Positions 1-8,578 of a stretch of 37,469 nucleotides of DNA are shown in pieces. The DNA is taken from positions 1 to 37,469 of IMG/VR virus record IMGVR_UViG_3300031772_000118. One strand, 5' to 3'. How positions within the stretch are numbered: the stretch's first letter is position 1; every line of letters starts with the position of its first letter. The notes beneath the pieces are model-generated. The model saw nothing but the letters and a program-made list of their open reading frames with translations, searched no databases and was not told the DNA's origin. Source of the DNA: a virus (Duplodnaviria; Caudoviricetes). The position numbers and the translations under genes were made by a program.

Positions 1-127
1 ACAAGACCATAAGTGTTCTAAACAGAAGAGGGCGTGATAATGGTGTTACAATAGAATATGCCAAAAACTTAACTGGATTCAATTTAACGCTAGATGATAG
101 CAACTTAATAACTAGAATAAAAGCGTT
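1..127. repeat. 127-bp terminal direct repeat (identical to 37343-37469); circular-contig overlap
   Basis: acaagaccataagtg...taaaagcgtt occurs at both ends. It lies inside a CDS, and 127 is a common assembler k-mer, so the unit genome is about 37342 bp. Confidence 0.95.
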
Positions 128-2405
128 TGCAAAGTATACTCCGGAAGGCGGAGAAGAGACGAAAATATATTCTAATCCTAAATATGTAGATTCACCTTTA
201 GTAGGAAACTATGAAACGCCTTATATAACTACGCTTGACTTTTCAGATAAATTTAAAGATAACGAAATTCCTACAAGTGAGAAGCTTAAGAGTTTAGCAG
301 AAAAATATTTTAGGGATACAAAATGCGACATAGTAAAGCAAAACTATAAAATAGACTTTATTCCTCTATCGAAATGCGTAGGGTATGAAAGTTTAGACGA
401 TAAAATAAGTCTATGCGATGAAGTAACAATAATAAACAAAATGTATAATATTACGACACAAGCAAAGGTTATAAAAAGCAAATTCAATGTTTTGTTAGAT
501 AGGTTAGAGCGTTTAGAACTTGGAGAAGCTAAAACTACTTTAGGTGATGTTATAGGTGGTAGTGGAGGTCAAGCGGGTCCACCAGGGAAAGATGGAGTTG
601 ATGGAAAGCCTGGAGCAGACGGGAATATGGGTGATTTCCCTAATTCTCTTCCTAATACTCCTATTCTTCACAGTAAAGTATATGGATTCTCTAACGTTGA
701 ACTTAGTTGGACATTTGAAAATGAAGTTTATTATTCTTATGAATTATATGCTTCTAGAGAAAAGAATTTCACTCCTAACACTTTTAATTTATTGTTTGAG
801 GGTCAAGCAAGTACATTCTTAAATCAATTGGAACCCAATGAAACTTGGTATTATAAGATTTGCGCGGTAAACTCACACGGTGAAAGAACACAGTTTTCTA
901 ATGAAGTTGAAGTTAATACTGTAAAAATAGAGGATTTAAGTAATTATGTGGGGAGTGCTGCAATAGGTGATGCTCTTATAGGCGAATTGAATTTAGGCCG
1001 TGGTTGGTTTGGCGAACTTAGAGGGAACTACATCGACGCAAAGCAACTGAGTGTAACAGATGGAAACGGGAAAAGAACACTTGATATAGATAGCTTTGGT
1101 AATGTGAATTTAGATGTTTCTAGCTTCAAGATTAGAAACGAGAGCGTATTTACGCAAAATGAAGTTAATAGTAAACTTGCAGAGATTGAAACGACAACTG
1201 ATTCGATATCAAGTAAAGTATCACAAGTTGAGAGTACAACAAATACAATCAACGGAAAGGTTAATTCTCATGAAAGTAGGATTGCAAGTGCAGAACAAAA
1301 AATAACGCCTAGTGCTATTATAAATACAGTTTCAAAAACTATTGACGACAAAGTTGCTGTTGTTAGCAATGATGTAACTGAACTCAAACAGTCAAGTGAA
1401 GATTTTCAGTTTAGTGTAGAAACAACTAGCAGGCAAAATCTGTTAGTCAACTCCGAGGGGGTAGGCGTAGACAATTGGGCAGGATTTAAATACAATACAG
1501 ATAAACGACATTCATTCGTAACTTTAAATCAAAACGATAATTTTTCATTCAAAGACCCTATTACAAATACATTTGAATTATCAATAGCAGGTGGTGGAGA
1601 TATTGCAGTAGGGAGTGAGTTTGGGGTAGTTCAAGTAATACCAACACAGATTGGGCAGAAGTACAATTTTTCAACTTTAGTACGAGGACACAGATGTGCA
1701 ATGTATATGAAAGTAAGAAGTGCAGATATGACTGTTTTGGCTTCAAAGAGTTTTCTTCCTAGTTCTGATTTTTTTGAACTTCATGATATTTCATTTGTAG
1801 CAAAAGAGACTAATACAAGAATAGAGATAGGAATGGAAAACGGATTCTCAAGTCCTTATCTTTGGTTTGCTAAGCCTATGGCTAATCTAGGCGCAATCTC
1901 TAAATATATGTGTGGTAATAGAGGTTTATACCAAGGTATAACAAAAATAGATGCAAATGGAGTTAGATGTGACTTTGAAGATGGAACTTATGCGAGCATA
2001 GGTCGTAGCGGATTAAGATACTATAAAAATGGCATGAATAAACCTTATCAATATATAACATTTAACACTAAAATAGCACAGATTAGGAATGGATACTGGG
2101 CACACGTTCAACTACCAGACTTCTTCAAAGGTAAACAAATAAATCAGGATTTCCAACTGTTAGTTACACTAGGAGCATATGATTTGAATAAGCACGTTAT
2201 AGGGAGTACCATGGGAGCTTTAAGAGTAGCGTTTGCAGAGTGGAGGGACTGGAATTCTAGCGAAGCAGTTATCCAAGTAAGACCATGTTTCCAAAAGATA
2301 GGAATTTCCACTGGAACTCTATTCGGTTGGGACGCTGCAAGCACAAGCCCTAATGGAACAGCTAATGAAGGAGTAGGAGATGTAATAATTTATGCGCAGA
2401 TGTAG
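3..2405 (+). CDS. Tail tip (Tal-like) / receptor-binding protein, C-terminal part; the gene starts at 36844 and wraps the contig junction (about 967 aa in total)
   Basis: The frame is open from nt 3 into the 441 ORF and continuous with the 36844 ORF across the overlap. It contains a collagen-like GQAGPPGKDGVDGKPGADG stretch, an FN3-like segment (LSW..YELY..WYYKICAVN), a coiled-coil region and a carbohydrate-binding-like C-terminal region. Confidence 0.9.
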   Translation, partial: KTISVLNRRGRDNGVTIEYAKNLTGFNLTLDDSNLITRIKAFAKYTPEGGEETKIYSNPKYVDSPLVGNYETPYITTLDFSDKFKDNEIPTSEKLKSLAEKYFRDTKCDIVKQNYKIDFIPLSKCVGYESLDDKISLCDEVTIINKMYNITTQAKVIKSKFNVLLDRLERLELGEAKTTLGDVIGGSGGQAGPPGKDGVDGKPGADGNMGDFPNSLPNTPILHSKVYGFSNVELSWTFENEVYYSYELYASREKNFTPNTFNLLFEGQASTFLNQLEPNETWYYKICAVNSHGERTQFSNEVEVNTVKIEDLSNYVGSAAIGDALIGELNLGRGWFGELRGNYIDAKQLSVTDGNGKRTLDIDSFGNVNLDVSSFKIRNESVFTQNEVNSKLAEIETTTDSISSKVSQVESTTNTINGKVNSHESRIASAEQKITPSAIINTVSKTIDDKVAVVSNDVTELKQSSEDFQFSVETTSRQNLLVNSEGVGVDNWAGFKYNTDKRHSFVTLNQNDNFSFKDPITNTFELSIAGGGDIAVGSEFGVVQVIPTQIGQKYNFSTLVRGHRCAMYMKVRSADMTVLASKSFLPSSDFFELHDISFVAKETNTRIEIGMENGFSSPYLWFAKPMANLGAISKYMCGNRGLYQGITKIDANGVRCDFEDGTYASIGRSGLRYYKNGMNKPYQYITFNTKIAQIRNGYWAHVQLPDFFKGKQINQDFQLLVTLGAYDLNKHVIGSTMGALRVAFAEWRDWNSSEAVIQVRPCFQKIGISTGTLFGWDAASTSPNGTANEGVGDVIIYAQM

Positions 2406-2422
2406 CAGAAAGGAGATTTTAT

Positions 2423-2653
2423 ATGTTAATAATTTACTTTAAGAGCGATGGAGAAATCCATCAAGTAGCAACAGGTTATAAAACTATGGAAGAATTTTAT
2501 GGAAGAAGAGCTAAAGAATTCAGAATGATATTTGATAGTATTTGTGTAGAGGAAAATAACTATTTGTTTAATAACTTTAGCGATTTCTATATAAATCAAG
2601 GTAGATTAAGAGCTAAAAACATTGAGATATTAGAGTTATTAAGATGTGAATAG
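2423..2653 (+). CDS. Small hypothetical protein following the tail fibre gene (possible chaperone)
   Basis: 76-aa ORF with a strong RBS (aaaggaga); function inferred from position only. Confidence 0.6.
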   Translation: MLIIYFKSDGEIHQVATGYKTMEEFYGRRAKEFRMIFDSICVEENNYLFNNFSDFYINQGRLRAKNIEILELLRCE

Positions 2654-2728
2654 TTGATACAACTAAATATTATTATGTTATAATTAGTTAGGGAGTAAAT
2701 TCCCTAATTTTTTTTATGAGGTGGATAT

Positions 2729-3373
2729 ATGTATATAGGTTTAGATTATGGTCATGGTTTTGGTGATGTTGGAGCGGTAGGGCAATCGGGTCAAAGAGAG
2801 GACCTTTTAACTAGAGAGTTAGGACACAAGGTTAAAAGCTTGTTGGAAAAAGAAGGGCATAGAGTTTTAGAAATAGCTTTAGGTACTAATTTAAGTAATA
2901 GATGTAAGTTTGCTAATGATAATAATGTGGATTTAGTTGTATCATTACACTTCAATGCTTTCAACAAAAGTGCAAACGGAACGGAAGTACACATATATAG
3001 TGCTACAAGCAAATCTAAAACGTATGCAGAGAGAGTGAACAATAACATAGTTAACGCTATTAATACTAAAAATAGAGGCGTTAAAGTAAGTAATTTCGCT
3101 ATGCTAAGACAAACAAATGCACCTAGCTTACTTATAGAAACTTGTTTCATTGATAGTAGAGAAGATATGCAGAAATACGACGCCGAAAAAGTTGCAAAAG
3201 CTATCGTAGAAGGTCTATTAAATAAACCTATTATAATAGAAGGAACTCAAACAGAGTGCAACGATATTCACAGAGTTAAAGTGGATGGAGTTCAAATTGG
3301 GGCTTATAAGAATCATGTTAGTGTTGTTAACATTGTTAAGGATAATATAGGAAAGCATATAGAAATTAAGTAA
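2729..3373 (+). CDS. Endolysin, N-acetylmuramoyl-L-alanine amidase (Amidase_3)
   Basis: Zn-amidase motifs LDYGHG, E, SLHFNA and LIETCFID; short C-terminal cell-wall-binding-like region; RBS gaggtg. Confidence 0.92.
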   Translation: MYIGLDYGHGFGDVGAVGQSGQREDLLTRELGHKVKSLLEKEGHRVLEIALGTNLSNRCKFANDNNVDLVVSLHFNAFNKSANGTEVHIYSATSKSKTYAERVNNNIVNAINTKNRGVKVSNFAMLRQTNAPSLLIETCFIDSREDMQKYDAEKVAKAIVEGLLNKPIIIEGTQTECNDIHRVKVDGVQIGAYKNHVSVVNIVKDNIGKHIEIK

Positions 3374-3378
3374 TTAGG

Positions 3379-3400
3379 AGAGGGTAAAACCTCTTTTTTT
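3379..3400 (+). terminator. Intrinsic terminator after the endolysin
   Basis: AGAGG-GTAAAA-CCTCT followed by a T-run. Confidence 0.75.
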
Positions 3401-3427
3401 GTTGTCTAATATAACTATTACTAAAAA

Positions 3428-3815
3428 AAAAGTAACAGCTCAAAACATACTTTCTGCAAGTTATGAATTTAATAAAGTCATAACTGTAATTAAGAATGAG
3501 CCTATAAGCCAATCTTCAAGTAAGGTCCTTGAGGAACTCACTTGCGAAATTGTAAGAATAAATGTAACATTAACTCAATTTGAAAATACTAAATTCAAAA
3601 ACAAGATATTTAATGATTATAGATTGTCTTTAAGGATTGCAAGTCATTTAGCTATGGTAAGCAAATGCGCTAGAGGTAATGAAGCTAGAGATTACTTCTA
3701 CGAATGTGAGCAACAACTAATAAAGCTAACAGAATCAAACTTAAAACTATGCTCTATGCTTTTAACTCACAAAGATAAATTAAACCTAACAAAAGTAACA
3801 GCTCGAAACAAGTGA
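3428..3815 (+). pseudogene. AntA/AntB antirepressor fragment (silent cassette) flanked by 20-bp direct repeats
   Basis: Encodes DYRLSLRIASHLAMVS..GNEARDYFYECEQ but lacks the N-terminal SARELH motif and an RBS. 3705-3795 matches 4294-4384 at 88/91 nt. AAAAGTAACAGCTC(A/G)AAACA occurs at 3428-3447 and 3791-3810. Confidence 0.7.
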
Positions 3816-3915
3816 TTATTTTTATGATGTAGAACAACAATTTTAGCATTACTTATTTACAAGATAGACAATTCATGTTATACTTAGCATATAAAAGAAA
3901 GGGAGGTAACATTAT

Positions 3916-4620
3916 ATGTTATTACAAGAATTAATAAGAATAGATGAAAGAGGGCAAAGATTTATAAGTGCCAGGGATTTGCACGAGTGGATATGTGTAT
4001 CAGACAATTTCAGTAGATGGCTCGACGGTAGTCTATATTCTGCAAGATGGGGATTTAAAAAATTCGTTTTAAGAGAAGAAAAATGCCAAGAAACTAGTAA
4101 ATATGCTAGAGAAGGGTCACGCCCCCTTACTATGAAAGCGAAGGAAGTTTATGTGAAACTTGCAAAAAACAAAGGGACTACTTTCGAAAGGAAGTTATTC
4201 AAGGATTATGAATTAAGTTTTGAATTAGCTAAAAACTTAGCGATGGTCAGCGGTTCAATAAAAGGACAAGAAGCTAGGGATTATTTCATTGAGTGTGAGC
4301 AACAACTAATAAAGCTAACAGAATCAAACTTGAAACTAGGTTCTATGCTTTTAACTCACAAAGATAAATTAAACCTAACAAAAGAATTATTTTACCCAAT
4401 CCTTGAGCAACTAGGAGTATTGATAACTAAAAAGAATGCAGTTCATCAGATGATAATTAAAAGTATATTCGGTAAGTATGAAAATGTAAACAAGCTTACT
4501 ATGATAACAGAAGAAGATATAGAAAACTATAAGAAATTAGCTATAAACTTACAAAAAGATACAGTTTACTTTGAAGACAAAAATCAAATTACAGTTTGGG
4601 ATATAATAAAAGAAATATAG
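3916..4620 (+). CDS. AntA/AntB-family antirepressor-like DNA-binding protein
   Basis: Motifs ISARDLHEW..NFSRW and DYELSFELAKNLAMV..GQEARDYFIECE; own promoter (TAGACA..TG.TATACT) and RBS ggaggt. Confidence 0.85.
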   Translation: MLLQELIRIDERGQRFISARDLHEWICVSDNFSRWLDGSLYSARWGFKKFVLREEKCQETSKYAREGSRPLTMKAKEVYVKLAKNKGTTFERKLFKDYELSFELAKNLAMVSGSIKGQEARDYFIECEQQLIKLTESNLKLGSMLLTHKDKLNLTKELFYPILEQLGVLITKKNAVHQMIIKSIFGKYENVNKLTMITEEDIENYKKLAINLQKDTVYFEDKNQITVWDIIKEI

Positions 4621-4691
4621 ACAATGCAAGTAAATAAATGGTAAAATAAGATTAGATATTAATTTATCTAATCTTTTTTTGAGGTGAAAAT

Positions 4692-4976
4692 ATGAATATT
4701 AATGATTTTATAAAAGTAGAACTTATGATAGTTATACCAGTTTTAATCTATCTAGGTAGTGTTCTAAGACAATCAGAATACATTGAGAACAAACATATAC
4801 CAATCGCATTAACAATTGTTTCGATAGTTGTGTGTGGCCTTTATTTAGGTGCTACTATGAATATATCTAATTCTAAAGAAATAGCTATGTTTTTATTCAG
4901 TGCGATAACCCAAGGGTGCGTGACAGGACTAGCTAGTTGCGGTGGGTATGAAGCATTTAAACATTTGAAAAAGTAA
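4692..4976 (+). CDS. Holin (3 TM; Firmicute phage holin family)
   Basis: Three hydrophobic segments, motifs KHIPIAL and AITQG..GLAS.G.YE, basic C-terminus. Confidence 0.8.
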   Translation: MNINDFIKVELMIVIPVLIYLGSVLRQSEYIENKHIPIALTIVSIVVCGLYLGATMNISNSKEIAMFLFSAITQGCVTGLASCGGYEAFKHLKK

Positions 4977-4986
4977 AGGAGTTAAT

Positions 4987-5226
4987 ATGAGTGATAGAAT
5001 AGACTTACTAGAGAAAAGAATTAACAATCTAGAAGCAAAAATCAATCATATGGATAAGGTGGGGGCGGTTACACAGGAGCAAATAAAACAAGTTCTTGAT
5101 ATTTCTTTAGAGTTGAGGACTGACATTAAAGCTATAAACAATAAGCCGAATCTATATTGGGACAAGATAATAATGTGTATTATAGGAGCAGGTGGAACGT
5201 TTATAGCAGGGTTTATATTTAAATAG
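4987..5226 (+). CDS. XhlA-like lysis accessory membrane protein
   Basis: N-terminal coiled coil plus a single C-terminal TM helix; lies next to the holin. Confidence 0.6.
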   Translation: MSDRIDLLEKRINNLEAKINHMDKVGAVTQEQIKQVLDISLELRTDIKAINNKPNLYWDKIIMCIIGAGGTFIAGFIFK

Positions 5227-5240
5227 AAAGGTGTGTTAAC

Positions 5241-5522
5241 GTGGAAGATAATAAAATAGGTAAAATTCAATTGGCTACTAACGAAACAATCAAAAGCATG
5301 ATGGAGCATCAAAGGCAGCAAGGGAAGATGTACAAGAATATGATGTTTGCATTACTAGTAGGATTTATATTGAATACTTGTATTTTAGTGGGTGGAATAT
5401 TGTACTTCTTTAGTGCTTATAGTGTAGAAACAGAGGACGTGTCGGTTACAATTGAAGGTGAAGAGGCTGTATACAATGGTATTATAGGAGATAATAACAC
5501 TTGCATTGGTGGTGAAGAATAA
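5241..5522 (+). CDS. Single-TM membrane protein with an acidic C-terminus
   Basis: GTG start with RBS aaggtg; hydrophobic segment MMFALLVGFILNTCILVGGILYFF. Confidence 0.7.
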   Translation: MEDNKIGKIQLATNETIKSMMEHQRQQGKMYKNMMFALLVGFILNTCILVGGILYFFSAYSVETEDVSVTIEGEEAVYNGIIGDNNTCIGGEE

Positions 5523-5578
5523 TGGCAAAAATTAAAATAAAGAAGCGTAAAGTAAAAATAAAGAAGAAAAGGAAGTAG
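5522..5578 (+). CDS. 18-aa highly basic micropeptide MAKIKIKKRKVKIKKKRK (not in the ORF track)
   Basis: The ATG overlaps the upstream TAA (TAATG coupling), ggtggtg lies upstream, and it fills the gap to the next gene. Confidence 0.5.
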   Translation: MAKIKIKKRKVKIKKKRK

Positions 5579-5582
5579 TTAT

Positions 5583-5843
5583 ATGGATAAAGGGGATATT
5601 AAAAAGGTGCTGCAATGTCCTAGTCGAGATTTATTAGAACTTGCTTTGCATCTTGTCAATTTAAAGGATAAAGAATATCAAGCTATTTTGACATGCGATA
5701 TAAAAGGATATACAGAAGAAGAAACAAGCAACAAGTTACTATGCAGCAAGAAAAGTATTCAGAACTGGAGGAAGAGCGCTTACAAAAAGATGGGAAAAGT
5801 TTGGGAAAGCAACAAATTAATAGAAACAATGTTGGAGTTATAG
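5583..5843 (+). CDS. Sigma-70 region-4-like HTH transcriptional regulator
   Basis: LKDKEYQAI..GYTEEETSNKLLCSKKSIQNWRKSAYKKM fits the region-4/LuxR-type HTH pattern. Confidence 0.7.
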   Translation: MDKGDIKKVLQCPSRDLLELALHLVNLKDKEYQAILTCDIKGYTEEETSNKLLCSKKSIQNWRKSAYKKMGKVWESNKLIETMLEL

Positions 5844-5950
5844 AAATATAATTCCTTTTCTTTTATACCTAAACATGAACAATATTTACTAAAGCTCAAT
5901 TAATGTTCGTACCAATACGTACAATTTTGACATATTCACAGTTTGTTAAC

Positions 5951-6080
5951 TTCTGATAAAAAGGGGTGTTTTTTTCAGAAATGCAAAATGGCATCTAGCC
6001 CAGTCTGTCACAAGCCTAGAAGGTGTTTTTTTGAGAGTTGAAAATCATTTTTGACTCTATATAAAAGAAAAAAATAAAAA
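5951..6080 (+). repeat. Dispersed ~130-bp intergenic element, copy 1 of 3
   Basis: TTCTGATAAAAA, TCTAGCCC, GTTGAAAATCATTT and ACTCTATAT..AAAGAAAAAAATAAAAA at offsets 0/43/86/103. Confidence 0.85.
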
Positions 6081-6192
6081 AGTAAAAAGTAAAAACACGA
6101 AAGCGAATTACAGATTATAAGATTGAGAGTGTTAAAACTAAACTACTATTACTCCTCATATAAAGAACGAAGTTAGGGCATGAAAATATGTA

Positions 6193-6298
6193 TTGACTTT
6201 GTCAAGATATAATGGTGTACCATTATTAGTGGTAGAGTTCATGTCGCGAGACAGAATACTACTACCTCTTAATATATTTATCAAGAGGATTTTTTTTG
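6193..6298 (+). other. Structured intergenic element: two palindromes, a GNRA-capped hairpin and a terminator-like hairpin
   Basis: TTGAC-TTT-GTCAA; ATAATGGT-GT-ACCATTAT; TGTC-GCGA-GACA; CCTCTT..AAGAGG-A followed by T8. Confidence 0.45.
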
Positions 6299-6360
6299 CG
6301 AAAGAATTAAATCAAACAGAAGAGTTTAATCTATTCTTTATTTTTTTATAATTAATGTAT

Positions 6361-6389
6361 TGACAAATATAAAATAAGATGATACTATT
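6361..6389 (+). promoter_or_regulatory. SigmaA-type promoter
   Basis: TTGACA-17-TACTAT with an extended TG. Confidence 0.7.
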
Positions 6390-6468
6390 AAAACATAGCA
6401 AGGGAAACAGTTCAACAGAACGACACACAACAAGATATAAGAGGTTTCAACAAAAGGAGAGTGAATAT

Positions 6469-6708
6469 ATGGATGAACAATTAAAAGGGCTTAAAACTAA
6501 TTATAACGCTTTACTGGATAGGATAAACAAAGCATTAGATTATTTCGATAATCAATCAATAGTAGATGAACTTTCGGAAGAACAGCTAAAAAAGATGATT
6601 AAAAAGTACAACGAGTACCAAGATTTTAGAATAAAGAATTTGAAAAAAATAGAAGAACAGCAGATTGTTTCGGATGAAGAGATAGTGTTTGGATTAAAAG
6701 GGGTGTAG
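6469..6708 (+). CDS. Hypothetical coiled-coil protein
   Basis: Start reassigned to ATG 6469 (RBS aaggag); the longer 6379 start overlaps the promoter. Confidence 0.65.
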   Translation: MDEQLKGLKTNYNALLDRINKALDYFDNQSIVDELSEEQLKKMIKKYNEYQDFRIKNLKKIEEQQIVSDEEIVFGLKGV

Positions 6709-6711
6709 AGA

Positions 6712-6858
6712 ATGAAAAAGATTAAAGTATTAAAAGAACTAAAAGAGATATGTGTAAATCATTGTGACTTTTGCAACTACTATATAGAGTGCAACAAGGT
6801 TTGCAAGGGGAATAATACACCAGTAGAACAATTGAAAGAAGAGGGAATAGAATGTTAG
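6712..6858 (+). CDS. 48-aa Cys-rich small protein (not in the ORF track)
   Basis: MKKIKVLKELKEICVNHCDFCNYYIECNKVCKGNNTPVEQLKEEGIEC; RBS aggggtg; 6 Cys. Confidence 0.55.
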   Translation: MKKIKVLKELKEICVNHCDFCNYYIECNKVCKGNNTPVEQLKEEGIEC

Positions 6859-7013
6859 AAATTAGAGCGGGATTTAGCTTGGCTATGGTAATAGCTTTTG
6901 TATCAAGTATGAGCAAACAAACAATGGAAGGAAATATAGCTGGTATACTATTTGTAGGACTTGCTATACTGCCTTTCATAGGAAATATAATAAGAAAATT
7001 AAAAAGGTGGTAA
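6852..7013 (+). CDS. 53-aa two-TM membrane protein (not in the ORF track)
   Basis: MLEIRAGFSLAMVIAFVSS..GILFVGLAILPFIGNIIRKLKRW; RBS gaggg; overlaps the upstream stop. Confidence 0.55.
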   Translation: MLEIRAGFSLAMVIAFVSSMSKQTMEGNIAGILFVGLAILPFIGNIIRKLKRW

Positions 7014-7018
7014 TAAAA

Positions 7019-8296
7019 ATGAATAAAGATTTAGAAGTAGTCAAAAAGGATGGTTGGGCGCTAAAACATGTGAAAGAACAAACAGAAGAAATTTGCTTAG
7101 AGGCAGTCAAAAAGGATGGTTGGGCGCTAAAACATGTGAAAGAACAAACAGAAGAAATTTGTCTAGAGGCAGTCAAAGAGAATGGTTGGGCGCTAGAATA
7201 TGTAAAAGAACAAACAGAGGAAATATGTTTAGAGGCAGTCAAACAAGATGGTAATATTTTGAAATATGTAAAAGAACAGACATTAGAAATTTGTCTAGAG
7301 GTAGTCAAACAGGAAGGTTTGGCGCTAAAATATGTGAAAGAACAAACAGAGGAAATGTGCTTAGAGGCAGTCAAAGAGAATGGTTTGGCGCTAAAATATG
7401 TGAAAGAGCAAACAGAAGAAATGTGTTTAGAAACAGTCAAACGGGATGGTTGGGCGCTAAAATATGTGAAAGAGCAAACAGAAGAAATTTGTCTAGAGGC
7501 AGTCAAACAGAATGGTTGGGCGCTAGAATATGTAAAAGAACAAACAGAGGAAATTTGCTTAGAGGCAGTCAAACAGGAAGGTTTGGCGCTAAAATATGTA
7601 AAAGAACAAACAGAGGAAATGTGCTTAGAGGCAGTCAAACAGAATGGTTGGGCGCTAGAATATGTAAAAGAACAAACAGAGGAAATTTGCTTAGAGGCAG
7701 TCAAACAGGAAGGTTTGGCGCTAAAATATGTGAAAGAACAAACAGAGGAAATTTGCTTAGAGGCAGTCAAACAGGAAGGTTGGGCGCTAAAATATGTGAA
7801 AGAGCAAACAGAAGAAATGTGTTTAGAAACAGTCAAACGGGATGGTTGGGCGCTAAAATATGTGAAAGAGCAAACAGAAGAAATTTGTCTAGAAACAGTC
7901 AAAGAGAATGGTTTTGCTTTAGTACTTGTAAAAGAACAGACATTAGAAATATGTTTAGAGGCAGTCAAACAAGATGGTAATATTTTGAAATATGTAAAAG
8001 AACAGACATTAGAAATTTGTCTAGAGGTAGTCAAACAGGATGGTAATGCTTTGGGATATGTAGAAGAAAAATATCTTAATGCTGTTAAAGAAAAATTAGG
8101 ATTAATACACTTGAGAAGAAATAAAAGACACAGAAGTTTGACAATAGATAAGAAAACTAAAAAATGTTGGATAGGTTGCCAACACGGAATCTCTATTGAA
8201 GAACTAAGATATAGAATATTAAACGAAGATGGTGGGCTTGAAAGGAATAAACATAGACAATATTACTTAGATTTCCTAGAAGAAAATAATTTATAA
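7019..8296 (+). CDS. DUF4116-like 22-aa tandem-repeat protein with a conserved C-terminal domain
   Basis: About 16 copies of CLEAVKxxGxALxYVKEQTEEI; start at ATG 7019 after aaggtgg. Confidence 0.85.
   Translation: MNKDLEVVKKDGWALKHVKEQTEEICLEAVKKDGWALKHVKEQTEEICLEAVKENGWALEYVKEQTEEICLEAVKQDGNILKYVKEQTLEICLEVVKQEGLALKYVKEQTEEMCLEAVKENGLALKYVKEQTEEMCLETVKRDGWALKYVKEQTEEICLEAVKQNGWALEYVKEQTEEICLEAVKQEGLALKYVKEQTEEMCLEAVKQNGWALEYVKEQTEEICLEAVKQEGLALKYVKEQTEEICLEAVKQEGWALKYVKEQTEEMCLETVKRDGWALKYVKEQTEEICLETVKENGFALVLVKEQTLEICLEAVKQDGNILKYVKEQTLEICLEVVKQDGNALGYVEEKYLNAVKEKLGLIHLRRNKRHRSLTIDKKTKKCWIGCQHGISIEELRYRILNEDGGLERNKHRQYYLDFLEENNL
7031..8070 (+). repeat. 66-bp coding tandem repeat, about 16 units
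   Basis: Recurring ttagaggcagtcaaa...gcgctaaaatatgtgaaagaacaaacagaagaaa with 66-nt periodicity. Confidence 0.95.
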
Positions 8297-8424
8297 GTTG
8301 ATTATTAGAGGGTGCTTAGGCGCTCTTTTTTTGCAAACAATTAGTAAACAGTTATGCAAGAATATAACAGGTGTCATTACAATATGTTATAATAAGATAT
8401 AAGATAAATAAAGGAGTGTTAATT

Positions 8425-8577
8425 ATGAATATAAGAACATTGATAGGGCGATTAGAAGTTACAGATAATATAAGTGTGGAAGAGTTTAAGGTGATATACA
8501 AAGAAGTAGAGCAGATGCAAAAAGATTTAAATCAAGTGCAAGATTTGCTTGTAAAAAAAATGAGAGGTATAAAGTAA
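8425..8577 (+). CDS. Small hypothetical protein
   Basis: ATG 8425 with RBS aaggag, downstream of a TG.TATAAT promoter. Confidence 0.55.
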   Translation: MNIRTLIGRLEVTDNISVEEFKVIYKEVEQMQKDLNQVQDLLVKKMRGIK

Positions 8578-8578
8578 T

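Noticed and set aside
1-127. Terminal repeat as a biological direct terminal repeat
   Set aside because: It falls in the middle of a CDS and is exactly 127 nt, which fits an assembler overlap better than packaged ends.
3705-4384. Diversity-generating retroelement TR/VR pair
   Set aside because: There is no reverse transcriptase, and the three mismatches are not adenine-specific.
7031-8070. 66-bp periodic array as a CRISPR array
   Set aside because: The whole unit is repeated with no unique spacers, it stays in frame as a protein repeat, and there are no cas genes.
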